Assembly (NCBI RefSeq): GCF_018977255.1
Contig: NW_024704743.1
Span: 80,602,001-80,666,000 of the forward strand
Direction of reading: 5' to 3'
From: Callorhinchus milii
Taxonomy: Eukaryota
DNA length: 64,000 bases
The notes beneath the pieces were generated by a model. The model was not told where the DNA came from, did not search any database, and was given only the letters and a program-made list of their open reading frames with translations. Shown here one piece after another: positions 38,061 through 51,465 of the stretch (the first letter of the stretch is position 1; the number at the start of each line of letters is the position of its first letter). The translations under genes and the position numbers were made by a program.

Positions 38061-40658
38061 CACTAATTATCACAAGGACAGAATTTTAAATTGTTTTGTG
38101 TTTAACACTAAAATGCTGCTTGGTCACAGGCTCCAGAGTTCTGGATAGTCTAGAGCTTCTTTAAGGAAGAGCTGGAGAGTCTGGTGAGCAAAGTGTTGGC
38201 ATAGATCCTAAGAACTGCCCACTAACCATGTTAAATGAGCTTTATCCCCCACCTCCTCACCCAACCATTCCACTGACCTTTGCTGTGTAAAACAATTAAC
38301 ACTTTATTCCCAAATTGCAAAGCAACCATATTAACTAATGTTATGAAAGTTTTCATCTTGTCCACGTACAATGTTAGCACGCTATGCACAGTCATAAGGT
38401 GATTCTTCCTTTCAGCAGTGAGCTGAATTATGAGGAGGTAGGCTCAGTAAAATTTGCATTCACTGAAACTCTGCAGCAGGAATGTAACTTTAAGAAAGTC
38501 TTGCACAGATTTTCTTTAATTGGTTTCAATATATAACTTGCCTGTTTGCCACCGTATTTCACTGTCACCTTTAGCCACTGATTTATAGTTTCTCAATTTA
38601 TAAACAAGAAGTTCGTTCACAGTTCCTCTTTTTTATAAAACAGAACTCACAATTTCAAAGGAGGTGCGAGTTATCAAGTCATTTAAAAAGTGAAGCTCAA
38701 GCCAAAATCTTTCTACCAGGTGTTACTTATATTAAGCAAAAATCATCCACAGTTATTATTTTGAAGTTCAAATCATACAACTATATCTATCTTTAGCGGC
38801 ACAGACTATTTAATTTACAACTACACAAATAAATGCCTCAGTGTCCAATAACGCAAATCCATAGAGATAAGATTTACCACCTTCACTCACGCAAGATATT
38901 GGAAGAATGGCATATATTTTGCTACAACTTCTAAAACTCAGTCTTTAAGATTAATTTCTCACAATGTCTGACTGATAAATAATGCAGTAGGCAGTTACTA
39001 ACACTACCAGATTTTGCTTTTTGAAACAAAAACATCCTCCACTTTTATTTCAGGACAAAGGCTGATGAACCGTGGCCATTTTTGGTTTTGTTTCAAATGT
39101 ATTCTGGAGTTGACACTGAGATAAAATCTTTCTGTCCTGTGGCATTCATCAGCCATCATTGAGGTGTGTCGATTTTCATCATTCATAAATTGGATTTCCA
39201 TCTAGTTCTCCATTAATAAAGAACAGTGTTTTCAGCCATTCCATGATTTTTTTTAGAAAAAATATTCAATGTTTTTCCCTTCCTCTATTAGCCAGCAGTG
39301 TGCGATTATACCTGAGGAACATTAGATGTTTTTCACTAATTTCACCGTAGTTTTCCCCAGTGAAAGTCGATTGGTAAAAAAAATTATTTTCACCCATATT
39401 AAATCTTTAAAATCTAAGTTTGCCATTTTTTCAGCATCAATTATTGTGCTCGAACAACCCGGCTGCAGTGTTTGTCCCCGAATAAACTAAAACTTGGGGT
39501 CTGGTATCGTGAATGCATCACCAGCATTTGAGCCTATTTGCAGGATTGTCAAGTTGCCAGGCAAATTTCCCGATATGGGAGGTAAGTAAGTAGATGATCC
39601 AAACTAAGTCTTGATTTTCATCCAATTTATCCTTTTTTGGATGTTCAATTGACAATAAAATTAATCCCGGAAGAAAAGCAAAAAATACTTGGATTTTATT
39701 GTGTAAATTAAAAGAAAAACACTTTAAAGATCCTTAAATCACTTAGACGGCAATGTGACTAAGTTACAATATAATTTACATTTATAAAGGGCTTTTCACA
39801 TTGTCTCAAAGGACATCTCAAAGGATTTGAAGTTACTGCTAATATTACTCCTAGCTTACCATGTAGAAGTAGTCCTTAAGAGACTCTGTGAAATAATAAT
39901 TGCATTTGATATATATTTGACTGAGATAATGGCATAATTTCTCAATATGCTCCACAAATGCAACAACCACAACTTGCATTTATATAGCATCCTCCAGACC
40001 GGGCAGCGTCCCAAATGCAGCAGCCAATGCTTGGAAACTGAAGTCAATGCTGCTTTCCTGTGATAAGGGCGAATAACCATTCAATGCAGATATCAGGGGA
40101 ATGGTGATACCTGTATTTCATTTTAAAAAAGGAAGGCATTTTATGTTTTCCTTTCTGTTTATCACTGGGGAAAAAAGCTGTAAAGATCAATTACTCATCC
40201 ATTGAAAGCAGTCTGCAGTATCCAGTTGCAGGGATGCAATAAACGAGTTCAATTCAGGTTTTCTGCTATTGTTTCTGAGGCAAAGATTTTTTTCATTTCT
40301 GAACTCAAGTGTTAAAGTCTTAAAGCCTAATAGAGGTAATTACAGATATGACCAACATGTTCAAATGTAGTGCACACAAGGAAATATACTGCCTACTCCC
40401 TCCCCCTCTCTAAACAATCACTGTGAAATTACTCTGTCAGGCCCCTTGCAGCATAGGAAAAAATGATTCGGCAGCAAAAAGCTAATTTTGCTTCAGCTAA
40501 TCAAGTTTGAATGTGCTGTGGTTGATGTAGGAAAACACACCAAGCATGTTGCTATTTAGACCACCCACAGAGATGAGCCAAAAGTCTGCTCTTTAATTCG
40601 TAATAGAATATATTAAAATCTAGTTTGCAAAGTAAAACTCTAAACACCAACTTTATGT

Positions 40659-40965
40659 GGAGTCCTGTAGCTCAGTGGTTAGAGCACTCGCCTTGCAAGC
40701 GAGACACCTGGGTTCAATTCCAGGCAGGGCGAAACCTTGGGCAAGTTTCCTTACTCCACACGCCTAATGATAATCCCTCCAAAAACAATAATAAATTGGT
40801 CATTTTCAATCCACGACTGTTTGTGGGACACTGCTGTGCGCAATTGGCTGCCGCGTTTTGCCCACAAAAAATATACAGTCAATTCACTTTACTGTCTATT
40901 CTGTGAAGCGCTTTGAGACGCCGAGAAGACGTGAAAAGTGCTATATCAAATGCAAGGATTATTAT
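40659..40965 (+). mobile_element. Young tRNA(Ala)-derived SINE, full length
   Basis: GGAGTCCTGTAGCTCAGTGGTTAGAGCACTCGCCTTGCAAGCGAGACACCTGGGTTCAATTCCAGGCAGGGC head, then core and tail. Confidence 0.95.
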
Positions 40966-42087
40966 AAAACCTAAAGTTTATATTCAAAGATATATTTAAT
41001 ATGCTAGACTAAAGCAATTGTGTGAATTAGTGAAAGTTTAATATAGTTGAAACAAAGCCTAGCGCAAGACTATAATCCATTGTGGAAAAAAATACACAAA
41101 GGAGTATATTTTTAAAAAAAGTTAGTTGCATCTAATGTCAGTACCTCCCATATGTGAAACTAAAAAGAATGATGCAGGAGGTCATACAGTTCACCTTGAG
41201 TTACAGCCTTCCTGCAGACAGACCACCCAAAAGTGACAAACTATTGTGACATGTTTCTATTACGCTCAATGAAATTACAATGTAATTCAGAATGAGTGAC
41301 TGCCTCATACAAAAATGACCATGTGTGGGCATTAGTGAGAATTGTACTGCTGAATATAAAACTAGCATCAACATCATGTTCCTGTTCAAATAGTATTTTA
41401 TTGATTAGTCATAGTGCACTCGCAGCATTGCAAAATTGTGACATCACAAATAATTTGTTTCACTGTGGTCTGTCATCTTTAATTGTATGTTATGCCTTCA
41501 CCCTCAACTTCAAAAATATGTAACTCAAACTGAGGATCTGCCCTGCTCAATTGTATGATATGACAAATATCTCCACAACTGAGCCTGACCAAATGACGTC
41601 CAAGTGAGGTCCTCATGAATCCTCATGAGTGAGATACAATCAGTCTCACAAACATTTATCATATTATTCATTGTTTTTTGTTCCAAGATACAATTTATGT
41701 ATAATATTGAAGATTTGTGATGGAGGAAAATATATCCAATCAACATCAATTGCATCCAATCTGCATTTATGTAATGCCTTTTGTCTAAAAAAAGTTAACG
41801 GTTCTAAATCTCAATCCTCTGAGGTACTAGGAGTCTGTGGACCTTAGTGAGGAAGGAGTAAAGGTTTTACATAACCTTGAGTTGGAAAGCACTTAAGATT
41901 ACAAAATCTTGTATAAGTTGAAACTTCTGTGGCCTGAAATTCAGCATTCAATGTGGCAATACAAAAATCCAATTAAGCTGTCAATGTTACTGCATGAAAC
42001 GTTGACTAGAATTTCGGTCCTTCGGAAAGTGGAGATAATAAGACCAATGACGAGATCTTAGGGAAAGAACATCCTGACGCTTCAGAT

Positions 42088-42235
42088 AAATAATAATACT
42101 CCTTGCATTTGATATAATAATGCCTTATCACGTCATTGAGATGTCTCAAAGCGTTTCACATAATATACTGTAAAGTGGATTGACTGTATATTGCGCACAG
42201 AAGTTTCCCACAGACAGTCGTGGGTTGAATTATTA
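42088..42235 (-). mobile_element. SINE 3' fragment
   Basis: Tail CCTTGCATTTGATATA...CACGTCATTGAGATGTCTCAAAGCG plus partial core. Confidence 0.8.
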
Positions 42236-42939
42236 TTTTTTTAAAATTTTAGCAGTATATGGAAATATATTCTTAATGAGATAACTCAGCGAAATGTCTT
42301 TCCAGGAAGCCAGTGCCAACTGGAAAAAAATTCAAATTGTGGTCTGGCAGCAACAAGCCTCGGTGGCCATAGCAACTGGTGCCTAATAGCTACCCATAAG
42401 CTTTTTATGGTGTCAGTGTGACAAACAGCACACATGGACTCATCAGCTGACAAAAAACAGCAACTGAATACACTCATATTGGCTCTCAGCACCCATGAGC
42501 ATCCATTACCATAGCAGCTGTGTTGTTGCTTGTTACTCTGTTCAAACGTAAATCACTCTACTGGACCCAAAGTCCAGCACTGGATTTACTTTACAAATTC
42601 AATAACAAAAATAGAACACAATGATTTACTGTGACTGTTGTTATTAAGGCAAATATGGCTCATCTGTATCAACATCCCACATATAGCAGCAATACGTTGA
42701 TTCACCAATCAATTATTTTGGTGAATTTGGTTGAGGGAGGCAGTCAGGGCATAGGGAGCATTCCTTGCTCTTATTCAAAATAGTGCCATGAGATCTTCAA
42801 CATCTATATGAACCAGCAGAGAATATAAACCTACAGAACTTGTGGTCACCGTTCTACGAGCATATATGCAAACCAGACAAAAATAATCGAAAAGCTGTTT
42901 GACAACAGGATTGCAGGGTATCAATACCTGGCAATGCAC

Positions 42940-43320
42940 ATCCAAAGGTGCAGACTCAGAAAGTGACACTAAATTTGTATAAGATACTGGTCTGACTCAA
43001 CCTGGAGTGCTTTATGGCGGGTCGCTGTATTACAGTAAAGGCATCTGGGCATTTGAAGGGCGACTGGGAAGAGTAAGTAGATCAATATGTGAAATTAGAC
43101 AACTAAATTATGAGAATAGGATTTGGAAGCTTGAGGAATTTCAACACTAAAGAGAAGTTTTGAAGGAGATCTTTCTGAAATATTCAAGATCCTAAAGGGC
43201 AGTAGTGAAACTGAACCCCAACCTGGTCAATAAATCGACAGTCTATGAAGGGAAGATGAGCAGATAGTTTAGATTTAATTACTTTACATAGTAAATGGTG
43301 AATATGTGGATAATATACAT
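42940..43320 (+). mobile_element. Degraded CR1 fragment
   Basis: TTGTATAAGATACTGGTCTGACTCAACCTGGAGTG (cf. LYKxLVRPxLEY) and GGAGATCTTTCTGAAATATTCAAGATC (GDLxEIFKI). Confidence 0.65.
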
Positions 43321-43321
43321 A

Positions 43322-43548
43322 TTACTCCACACGCCTAATAATAATCCCTCCAAAAAACAAAACAACAATAAATTGGTCATTTTCAATCCATGATTGTTTG
43401 TGGGACACTGCTGTGCGCAATTGGCTGCCGCGTTTCGCCCACAAATATGCAGTCAATTCACTTTACAATATATACTGTGAAGCGCTTTGAGACATCTAGA
43501 AGACTTGAAAAGCGTTATATCAAATGCAAGGATTATTATTATTATTAT
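43322..43548 (+). mobile_element. Young SINE, 5'-truncated
   Basis: TTACTCCACACGCCTAATAATAATCC, then core, tail and (ATT)n. Confidence 0.92.
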
Positions 43549-46500
43549 AAATGTAGAGGAGGAAAAGATAGATCATGTCAGCGAGTTCAAGAGGAAATTC
43601 AAGTTACTAGTTCAAATTTTCAGAAGAGTACTTTATCTTTTTAATTAGAGGGCTGCCAGATAGGCCACAATAGTTTATTCTGGTACTGAACATTAATTGA
43701 CAACAGCTAATAGCAAGAGCTCTGAATGATTTTCTACCCAGCTGAACTATATTCTCATAGACCAACTGTAGGAGTTGACAACAACTAACCGAGAACTGGA
43801 GATACTACCTGGGAATTTGCTAATCTTTGCACCTCAGTATCAGACCATGTAACATATTTACTGAGCCACAAGGAAAATGTTTGTTCACCGAATTAAATAA
43901 AATCCTATCCCTTCCTTATCTTCAAACTATTTAAATGTCTACATTTATGTTTTTTACACTCTTATAATCATAGAATTGCAGAAATTTACAACACAGAAGG
44001 AGGCCATTCGGCCCATTAAGACTTAATTGACCCTCAAAGCAAGCTGCCCATTCAAGCACACTGATACAAAATCAGTTCTTAAGCTGTCAATGATGTCTTG
44101 TGAGAGATGAATATAACTGATGCTGAGCAGCAACTTTTACAGAACATTACTGTACTTCCTTCTTGTGAACAAACTACATTATCTGTAACTTTTTGAGGCA
44201 ATATACAAAGTTATGCTTTTGATTATCAAACATCACTTCTTGATCTGCAAGCTTTAGATAAAATATTTTAGTTACTCAAATTATTTTTAATTTAAAGGAA
44301 AAATTTCTAAATATTTTAAGGAAGACCTTTTACAGCACGAATCATCTTTGCTTAACAAGGATGTGTCGTGTAGGACTTTGAATTCAGTCTTGGAACAAAG
44401 AACTGCAGATCTTTCATACAGTCTCATAATTTCCATTATATTATCAACAGTTCCAACAGACATGATGAGCAAATGTGAGTTGCTTAGTTTTGAAAGTTCA
44501 TTGCAACATATTGTTAGGGTATTACACTAATATCCTACTGACAAACCGTGTAATCTAATGCTAAGAAATCCCCTAACACAGCAAAGCAGTTTGACAATCA
44601 TCGGATGGTGTATTTCTTAAATGTTAACAACATGGAGGGTTGTAATACTCTCACTGTGTAGTTACACAATCCTATTAATATTGTCGGGCTGCTCTTAAAA
44701 TCGGTACCACTTCTGCAGCGCTAAAGGCGCAAAACAAAACAGCAATTCTCTGTGAGTTAACAACAGTAAATTAATTTTGAGTTTCAGTTTACATTATCAT
44801 CTGCAACCCCCAATTAGGTTAGTTTTTTTTTAGAAATATCGGAAGTTGACATCACAACAGAATAGAACAACTGCCACTGAAAAAGGTTCCATAGTGAAAT
44901 AAATGATCAGAGCCAGTTTACAAATTTGTGCATCAATTTGCTTCTCATGTAAAATCAAATTTCAATTTTTATCATACTGGGGTTGGAAAGATGCTCATGA
45001 GAAAACTGGCTGCATGAAACGGCAGAAAAAGTGACGTCTGCAGGGAACAACACGTATATCTTGCCGACCACGAGATCTCAGCCCCAAGGGGATTTCCTGC
45101 AGGTTGGGCACAATATGCATAGCAGTTTGAGTGTGGTGAGAACTCCCTACCCCCACAAAAATGGATTATGGATGAAGGTGGGTGGGGGGGTACTGGTCAA
45201 GTGCAGAGTGCATATATAAAAGTGCAAGCTTTTATATATACATAATGTGCAGCAAGTCTTTGGGGAGTTAGCTTCCCAAAACTGGGATCCAGAACAACAG
45301 AGAGTAACCTGACAGCGACTGGGACTACCTGATCCTGAACACCCCTACCCCTATTGATTTAACTTCAAAGAAAATTTTCCGGTAAGAGGAGAGAGTGGAT
45401 TAAGCAGGTCAGAAGTGCATTAACTTTAAAAAGGGGATGCAAATTTGGCTGATCAGCCATGAAGGGGGATTTTGACATACGATATCAAGGGTTAGCCCCA
45501 TAGAATCTGATCCATACACTTACAATACAACACAACATAAAATTACATTTGTAAAGCGTCTTTCACGTCGGGAAGACATCCCACTTCTTGTGGCATTGAT
45601 CAGTACTCATCAATGACTTATTCCTTCGCAAGGTTTCAACTCAGTCTATTTGCAGGGTATAAATAGCATACTGCCATCAAACATTTTCTGTATCAATTTG
45701 ATAATACATGGAGTAGGCCTTAAAACAATTAACACATAAAGTAGCGCCTACTACAATTCTCATTTAATTCTACCTAGTTTTGCAATACTTTATTGTGTAG
45801 GTTCATAAAAGAAACGGTGGATACAAACAGAACTGGAATTAAATAAAAAAGCAAAGTAAATGATGAATATGAGACCAGCAAGAAGGCAATCTGAATGCTG
45901 AGGAAAAACTGGTTTAGGCATATTTATATATCAAAGCCAGGTTAGTTGTGCTAGCGAATGTGTTCTAACTATGACAAATTACTGTCATGACCATGAAGGG
46001 TAAACAGTATCTACTAGACCACAGATATGGCTCCCAGCTGGACAGAGAATTTTCAATTCTTTTGTTAAACTCGAACTGCAACTACTGAAGGTGCATGACC
46101 TGGACATGAATATCGTCACTAGTCTCCATTAACTAAAATGTAGTTTTTGATCCAAAATTATAGTAATACATTGTTTGAGTAGCGCATTCAACGTTGACAA
46201 AGCGAAAGACACAGAAATAATTAAGCTTATGCCATCAGAAATTAAGCAATGTGACTTGCTTCCGGATTGTGCACTTCTTAAGTGGAAAAATATTTTTGGA
46301 ATCTCTGCTCCTTTTATTCCACATTTAAAGAGAAGGGACCTTCTCCCCAGTGACCTGGCCATTGGCCTGACAATGAGGCCAATTGTAGCAGCCTCATTAC
46401 AGTTAGGCTGAGATCAGGAAGGGTGGGATAATCAGACAGGAGAACCAACTTGCGTTGCTCACAAATCGCCCCTGCAAACCAATAATAAGAGTGACATTTG

Positions 46501-46587
46501 ATCAAATTTAGAGCGCGGCCATTATCCAAAATGGATGCATAGAATGGAGTGTTTACACAGATAACTGTGAAAACTACTCTATTTTAA

Positions 46588-47015
46588 ACAACAACAACAT
46601 TACATTTGTATAGCGCCTTTCACGTCGGGAGGATATCCCAAGGCGCTGGACTGAGTACAGCATTTAAGACCTGAGCTGGGGTTGGGGGGTGGCCGATCGC
46701 ATGGTCGAAGAGGAGGGTCTTGAGGTGGGACTTGAAGGAGGCTAAGGGAGTGACGAGGCGAAGCGACTGGAGGATGGAATTCCAGAGATTGGGGGCAGAG
46801 TGGCTGAAGGCTCTCCCGCCAATGGTGGGACGGGTGGGTCGGGGGACGTGGAGCAGGCCGGAGCCGGCTGAGCGGAGGGGAGGGCGGGTTGGGAGGAGGT
46901 TAGAAGGTCGCAGAGGTAGGGTGGGGCGAGGCCATGGAGAGCTTTGTATGTGAGGATCAGGATCTTGAACTGAATCCTCTGAAGGATAGGGAGCCAATGG
47001 AGTCGGGCGAGAGTG
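46588..47015 (-). mobile_element. L2 LINE 3' fragment
   Basis: LARLHWLPILQRIQFKILILTYKALHGLAPPYL and GGRAFSHSAPNLWNS...FKSHLKTLLF; tail at the left. Confidence 0.95.
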
Positions 47016-47154
47016 GGGGAAGTAAAGTTTATGCAATTCCACAAATATTTGGAAGTGTAAACATGTGAACAATATCACATTGGAAAGCAATCTGGCAATC
47101 TATTTTCTCATACACTGGATTCTAATAAAAATTATTTGGTTTAAAAAACTATAT

Positions 47155-47480
47155 GGAGTCCTGTAGCTCAGTGGTTAGAGCACTCGCTTTGCAAGTGAGA
47201 GATCTGAGTTCAATTCCAGGCAGGTCAGGGCGAAACCTTGGGCAAGTTTCCTTACTCCACATGTCTAATAATAATCCCTCCAAAAAATAAAAACAATAAT
47301 TAAATTGGTCATTTTCAATCCATGACTGTTTGTGGGACATTGCTGTGCGCAATTGGCTGCCGCGTTCGCCCACAAATATACAGTCAATTCACTTTACAGT
47401 GTGTTCTGTGAAGCGCTTTGGGATGTCCTCCCGACGTAAAAAGCGCTATATCAAATGCAAGGATTATTATTATTATTATT
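47155..47480 (+). mobile_element. Young tRNA(Ala)-derived SINE, full length (CTCCC-loop subfamily)
   Basis: Head, core, tail GGGATGTCCTCCCGACG and (ATT)n. Confidence 0.95.
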
Positions 47481-47739
47481 ATATAATTCAATGAGTTTAC
47501 TTGAGTAATACTTGAGTTTAAAAATAATCTTAGAAAAAAATATGCATTTCTAAAATGAATAAAACATTAAATCAAAATTATTCCTGTGCTAAAAGATATG
47601 CAATTAGTTTACCATGTAATGGAAACTGATACATTAGCAAACATTGCATGACTCACTGTACTAAGCACAGACTGTATACTGAAGTGTGTCAAGAGAAGTT
47701 ACAAAACCGTCAGTTTAAATCCTTCAATGTATCAATGGT

Positions 47740-47800
47740 TAACAACAACAACAAGATAACATTTGTATAGTGCCTTTCACGTCGGGAGGACGTCCCAAGG
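47740..47800 (-). mobile_element. L2 3' tail only (similar tail at ~45525-45585)
   Basis: ACATTTGTATAGTGCCTTTCACGTCGGGAGGACGTCCCAAGG. Confidence 0.8.
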
Positions 47801-48139
47801 TTAATGAAAATTCTAGCGCATCATTTTCCAGGAGAAAGACCATATTATCATTATTTGTTGAGCCTACAAATAGGATCCATATGCATTACTGCAGTATTAA
47901 CAAAATACACAAAGGAGTGTCAGTTGATCAAAACATCAATTTTACTATTTCCATTACAAATATTTTTAAATACTAGATCCAAATATCATTGTTTTGTAAG
48001 GGGAGCAGTATGCTTTATTATCGGAGTGGACATACCATATGCTGATCCCAGGTAAATGTCTGAAAGCTGTTTGCTTGCACTTGGTCCCTGAAATTTTTTT
48101 GTTTTTTTTAAAGGAGATCACTAATGTTTTGATATCACT

Positions 48140-48415
48140 GATGCCTCTGGGTCAAAGTCCAATGTAGAGCTGCATTTTTGTTAATGCATTGAAGATCCCA
48201 AGGCACTAATCAGAAAGAGAAGGGAGTTTCTCTCAGTGTCCCGGCCAACAATCCTCCAGATAAAATTGGACATTCAATTCATGACTCTTTGCTGTGCAAA
48301 AATTGGCTACCATGTTTGCGTGCAACACAGTCACTACACACTACAGTAAATCCTCTGAAGGAATTTGGGAAATTTTGATGACGTGACAGGTGCTATACAA
48401 ATGCAAGGCTTATTA
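48140..48415 (+). mobile_element. Old Deu-core SINE, degraded
   Basis: GAAGATCCCAAGGCACTA...GTGTCCCGGCCAACAATCC...tail GCTATACAAATGCAAGG. Confidence 0.7.
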
Positions 48416-49022
48416 TAATTACTGTAAAGTTCTTTTGAGACACTTCAAGGAAATAGGGCACTTACAGTAACACAAATCATTTCTTTCTTAAACCAAAATG
48501 AATTGGGATCCAAAAGCTTTTGTGCCCATTTTCATAATTCTAAACAAAATCTTGCCTTCACAATCATTCAGAATTATCTTCTTCGATTTGCCCAATGTCT
48601 CCGTAGCAATATCCTCTGGACCATCCTCAACTGATAGAGAACATGACCCCAATCTGTATACAATAGAACTGATACTGGTCTGGGAATTGATTAGCAGATA
48701 GGACATTTCCATAGGAAATAAGAGTTAGGTTTTCACAAAGATAAACTGCTCTATTGGAAAGTCCAGCTGAACAAGACAAAACTCATCAATAATGGGAAGG
48801 GAATCACTATAATCAAGACTTCATCACAGAAACCTCTGACCTTAAAAGATTTTAAAAAGATATAAAATCATTTCAGATAACAATAGGCATCCAATCCAGG
48901 ATTCCAACTTGACAAAATTAACAAGATTGTACATTCTACTTTTATACTTTAGTCCAGGTTTAACCTATATAAAGGCCAGACTCACACATACATCAAATAT
49001 ATCATCTTTCAATTCAGTTATC

Positions 49023-49403
49023 TAATAATAATCCTTGCATTTGATATAGCACCTTGACACCCCATTAAGACACCTCAAAGCTCTTCACAGGATGCACTGT
49101 AAAATGTATTGACTGTGTATTTTGTAAGCAGAATACTGCAACCAATTGTGCACAGCAAAGTCCCACAGCTGTGGAGCGAGTGATCAATTTTATTTGGGGG
49201 ATTGTCAGCCAGGACACTGGGAGAAACTCCCTTCTTTTTTCGAATAGTGTCATGGGATCTTTAACCTCCACCTGAAAAGGAAATTGGGACCTGAAGTTTC
49301 TCCCAACAATCCTGGCCAACAATCCCCCAAAGAAAATTGGTCACTCTCTTTTTTTGTGTGGGACATTACCGTGTGCGATTGGCTGCTGTGTTTTTCCCAC
49401 AAA
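49023..49403. mobile_element. Two old-SINE fragments in inverted orientation
   Basis: Minus-strand copy 49023-49280, then plus-strand fragment ~49296-49403 covering the same core. Confidence 0.7.
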
Positions 49404-50629
49404 ATCTATTTGAATTCCAATCATCAAGAATGCAAATCCCACCAATCCTCCTGCCTGTCCCTAAACAAGTGTTCACAATCTCACAATTATGCATACAACT
49501 CATCAATTTACTGTAACCATAAAAGATTAAATACAGTTTGAAAATTGAGAAATACACAATGGAGACTTGAGGTGAAGAGGTGAACACTGTTGTCAGTTGC
49601 AAAATGATGAGCTTTGCTTATTTTACAGCTAGTCAAAATGGGAAAGGACTCCCTTTGCTAATTGGTGAACACAATTTTCTGTCCCTGATGTAATTTGCAG
49701 GCTACACAGACCAGGAAATCCTGTACTGTTCAGCATTTGGCTTCAGCCTGGCTAAGCCCAACACAATAATAGTTACAATATTAAATCCAACAGTTGGATT
49801 TAAAACAGCTCTAATTAATTTAAAAGCTTTCTTTGGACATCATGTTCAGATTGCACAACCTAAATTAACTGCAAAACGTGCAGAAAATCGAGCATTCAAG
49901 TTGATGAATCAGTGTATTTACTAAGTGCTTACAAATTCTGAAGGTATGGCCAATTACTGAGACTTTGTAACCAGCATTAGTCAGAAATGCACTTAATGCA
50001 CCCACACAGATAAGCATCAGCACTCTTGCTATATCCTTTTAACATTTACATGCACACTGTTTTGAGTTTAGTTCTGAGTTTAGAACAAAAATCCTTGAAA
50101 TCGGTAATTTGAAGCCAGTAGTTTTAAATATATTTGTTAATTTCTTAGCATTTTACTCTACTTCCAAACATATTCAATGAGTAAATAATCTTCATACAAG
50201 TGCTTTTGTGTTGGCAAAGTTGTTTGTGTCTGAAAAAATATGAAATAAAGGTCAGGAACCTGTGCTTGGGATTAGGTGCACACTGGAAGCTAAGATTGTG
50301 TAAAATGTTGTCTCATGACATGAAGTTCCACTGCACAGAAAAACAGACAGTGGCAGCACTGCACATGCTTATTACTGGAATGGAGTAAAGGCTCCACAAA
50401 GATCACCAGGGAATGCACCAAACTAAAACTAGTAAGGGCAGAAGCACCATGTCTGAATTCTTGATGTGCTTCCCTTGTACTACCAGGGGCAGGATGAATA
50501 TTGTATCTCAAAAGTGGAGAAGGCGACAATCAAGGACCACTCTTGCTGTAACAAGAGTGCTACTGTTGCATATATCTTAAGGTTGTGAGAGTTCCACGCA
50601 GTGCTGCAGTCGAGAGTTATTGCAAGGGC

Positions 50630-50992
50630 CATAGCGCCTTTCACGTCAGGAGGGCGTCTCAAAGCGTTTCACAGGTTAAGGTGTAATTAATCTGTATTTA
50701 CAGGTAAACGAAGTCAATTTCCGCACAGAGGGGTATCTCAGATGTAGGCATAAAGTGAATTACCAATTTTGGCTAAGAAACCATGAGAAACACTGTTCTT
50801 TATTTTGAATAGTGCCTTGGGATCCCAACGCCCCTTGAATAGGCAGACAGGATTTCAGTCTAACGTCTCATTCATCTCCAACAATGTAGTGCTCCCCCAA
50901 ATACTCCCTGGAATATCAGCCTAGATTGAGAGTTTGAACACACAACCTTCGGATTCAAAACAACAGTGCTTCCAACTGAGCCAGGCTGACAC
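50630..50992 (-). mobile_element. Old Deu-core SINE
   Basis: Tail ATAGCGCCTTTCACGTCAGGAGGGCGTCTCAAAGCG at the left, head CCAACTGAGCCAGGCTGACAC at the right. Confidence 0.75.
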
Positions 50993-51078
50993 CAACGAAG
51001 TTGTTGCATAATTGCATGATGATGTCATCCTATATGCATAGTCTGTGCTATGATCCATACAGAACCAGAGAAACTGCA

Positions 51079-51465
51079 AAACACAAAATACTGCAGATGC
51101 TGGAAATCTGAAACAAAAACAGAAGTCGCTGGGACACTCAGCAGGTCAGGCAGCATCTATGGAGAAAGGAAAGTGAGTCAACGTTTCGGGTCCACGATTC
51201 GTCAGAACTGAAGCATTCTTCAGCATTCGTCAGAACTGAAGCAATAACAGCATTCTTCTTGCACTCCACGCAGTCCATTCCATTCAGTGGAAGGTTGCAT
51301 GACTAATGATGATGAAATTACAATAGCATTCAGCGCTGTTTGATGTTGGAAGTAGATTTATGCTAGCTGTTATGTGAAGTTCTGATGAAGAGTCGTGGAC
51401 CCGAAACGTTGACTCACTTTGCTTTCTCCATAGATGCTGCCTGATCTGCTGAGTGTTCCCAGAGA
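51079..51465. mobile_element. Penelope-like terminal-repeat palindrome with a captured central insert
   Basis: Left arm 51079-51209 and right arm 51378-51465 are reverse complements; same family as 14543-14749. Confidence 0.75.
51378..51414 (+). ncRNA. Minimal type-I hammerhead ribozyme motif
   Basis: AGTT-CTGATGA-A-GAGTC/GTG/GACCC-GAAA-CGT-T-GACT: intact CUGAUGA and GAAA cores, stem I AGUU:GACU, stem II with one mismatch, palindromic ACGU in place of stem III. Confidence 0.65.

Noticed and set aside
38562..38588. Adjacent MEIS (CTGTCA) and PBX-HOX (TGATTTAT) motifs
   Set aside because: Short motifs like these are expected by chance in AT-rich DNA; unsupported without conservation data.
40659..40732. 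tRNA-Ala(TGC) gene
   Set aside because: The cloverleaf is the head of a multicopy SINE: it has an irregular T arm and continues into the SINE body in nearly all copies.
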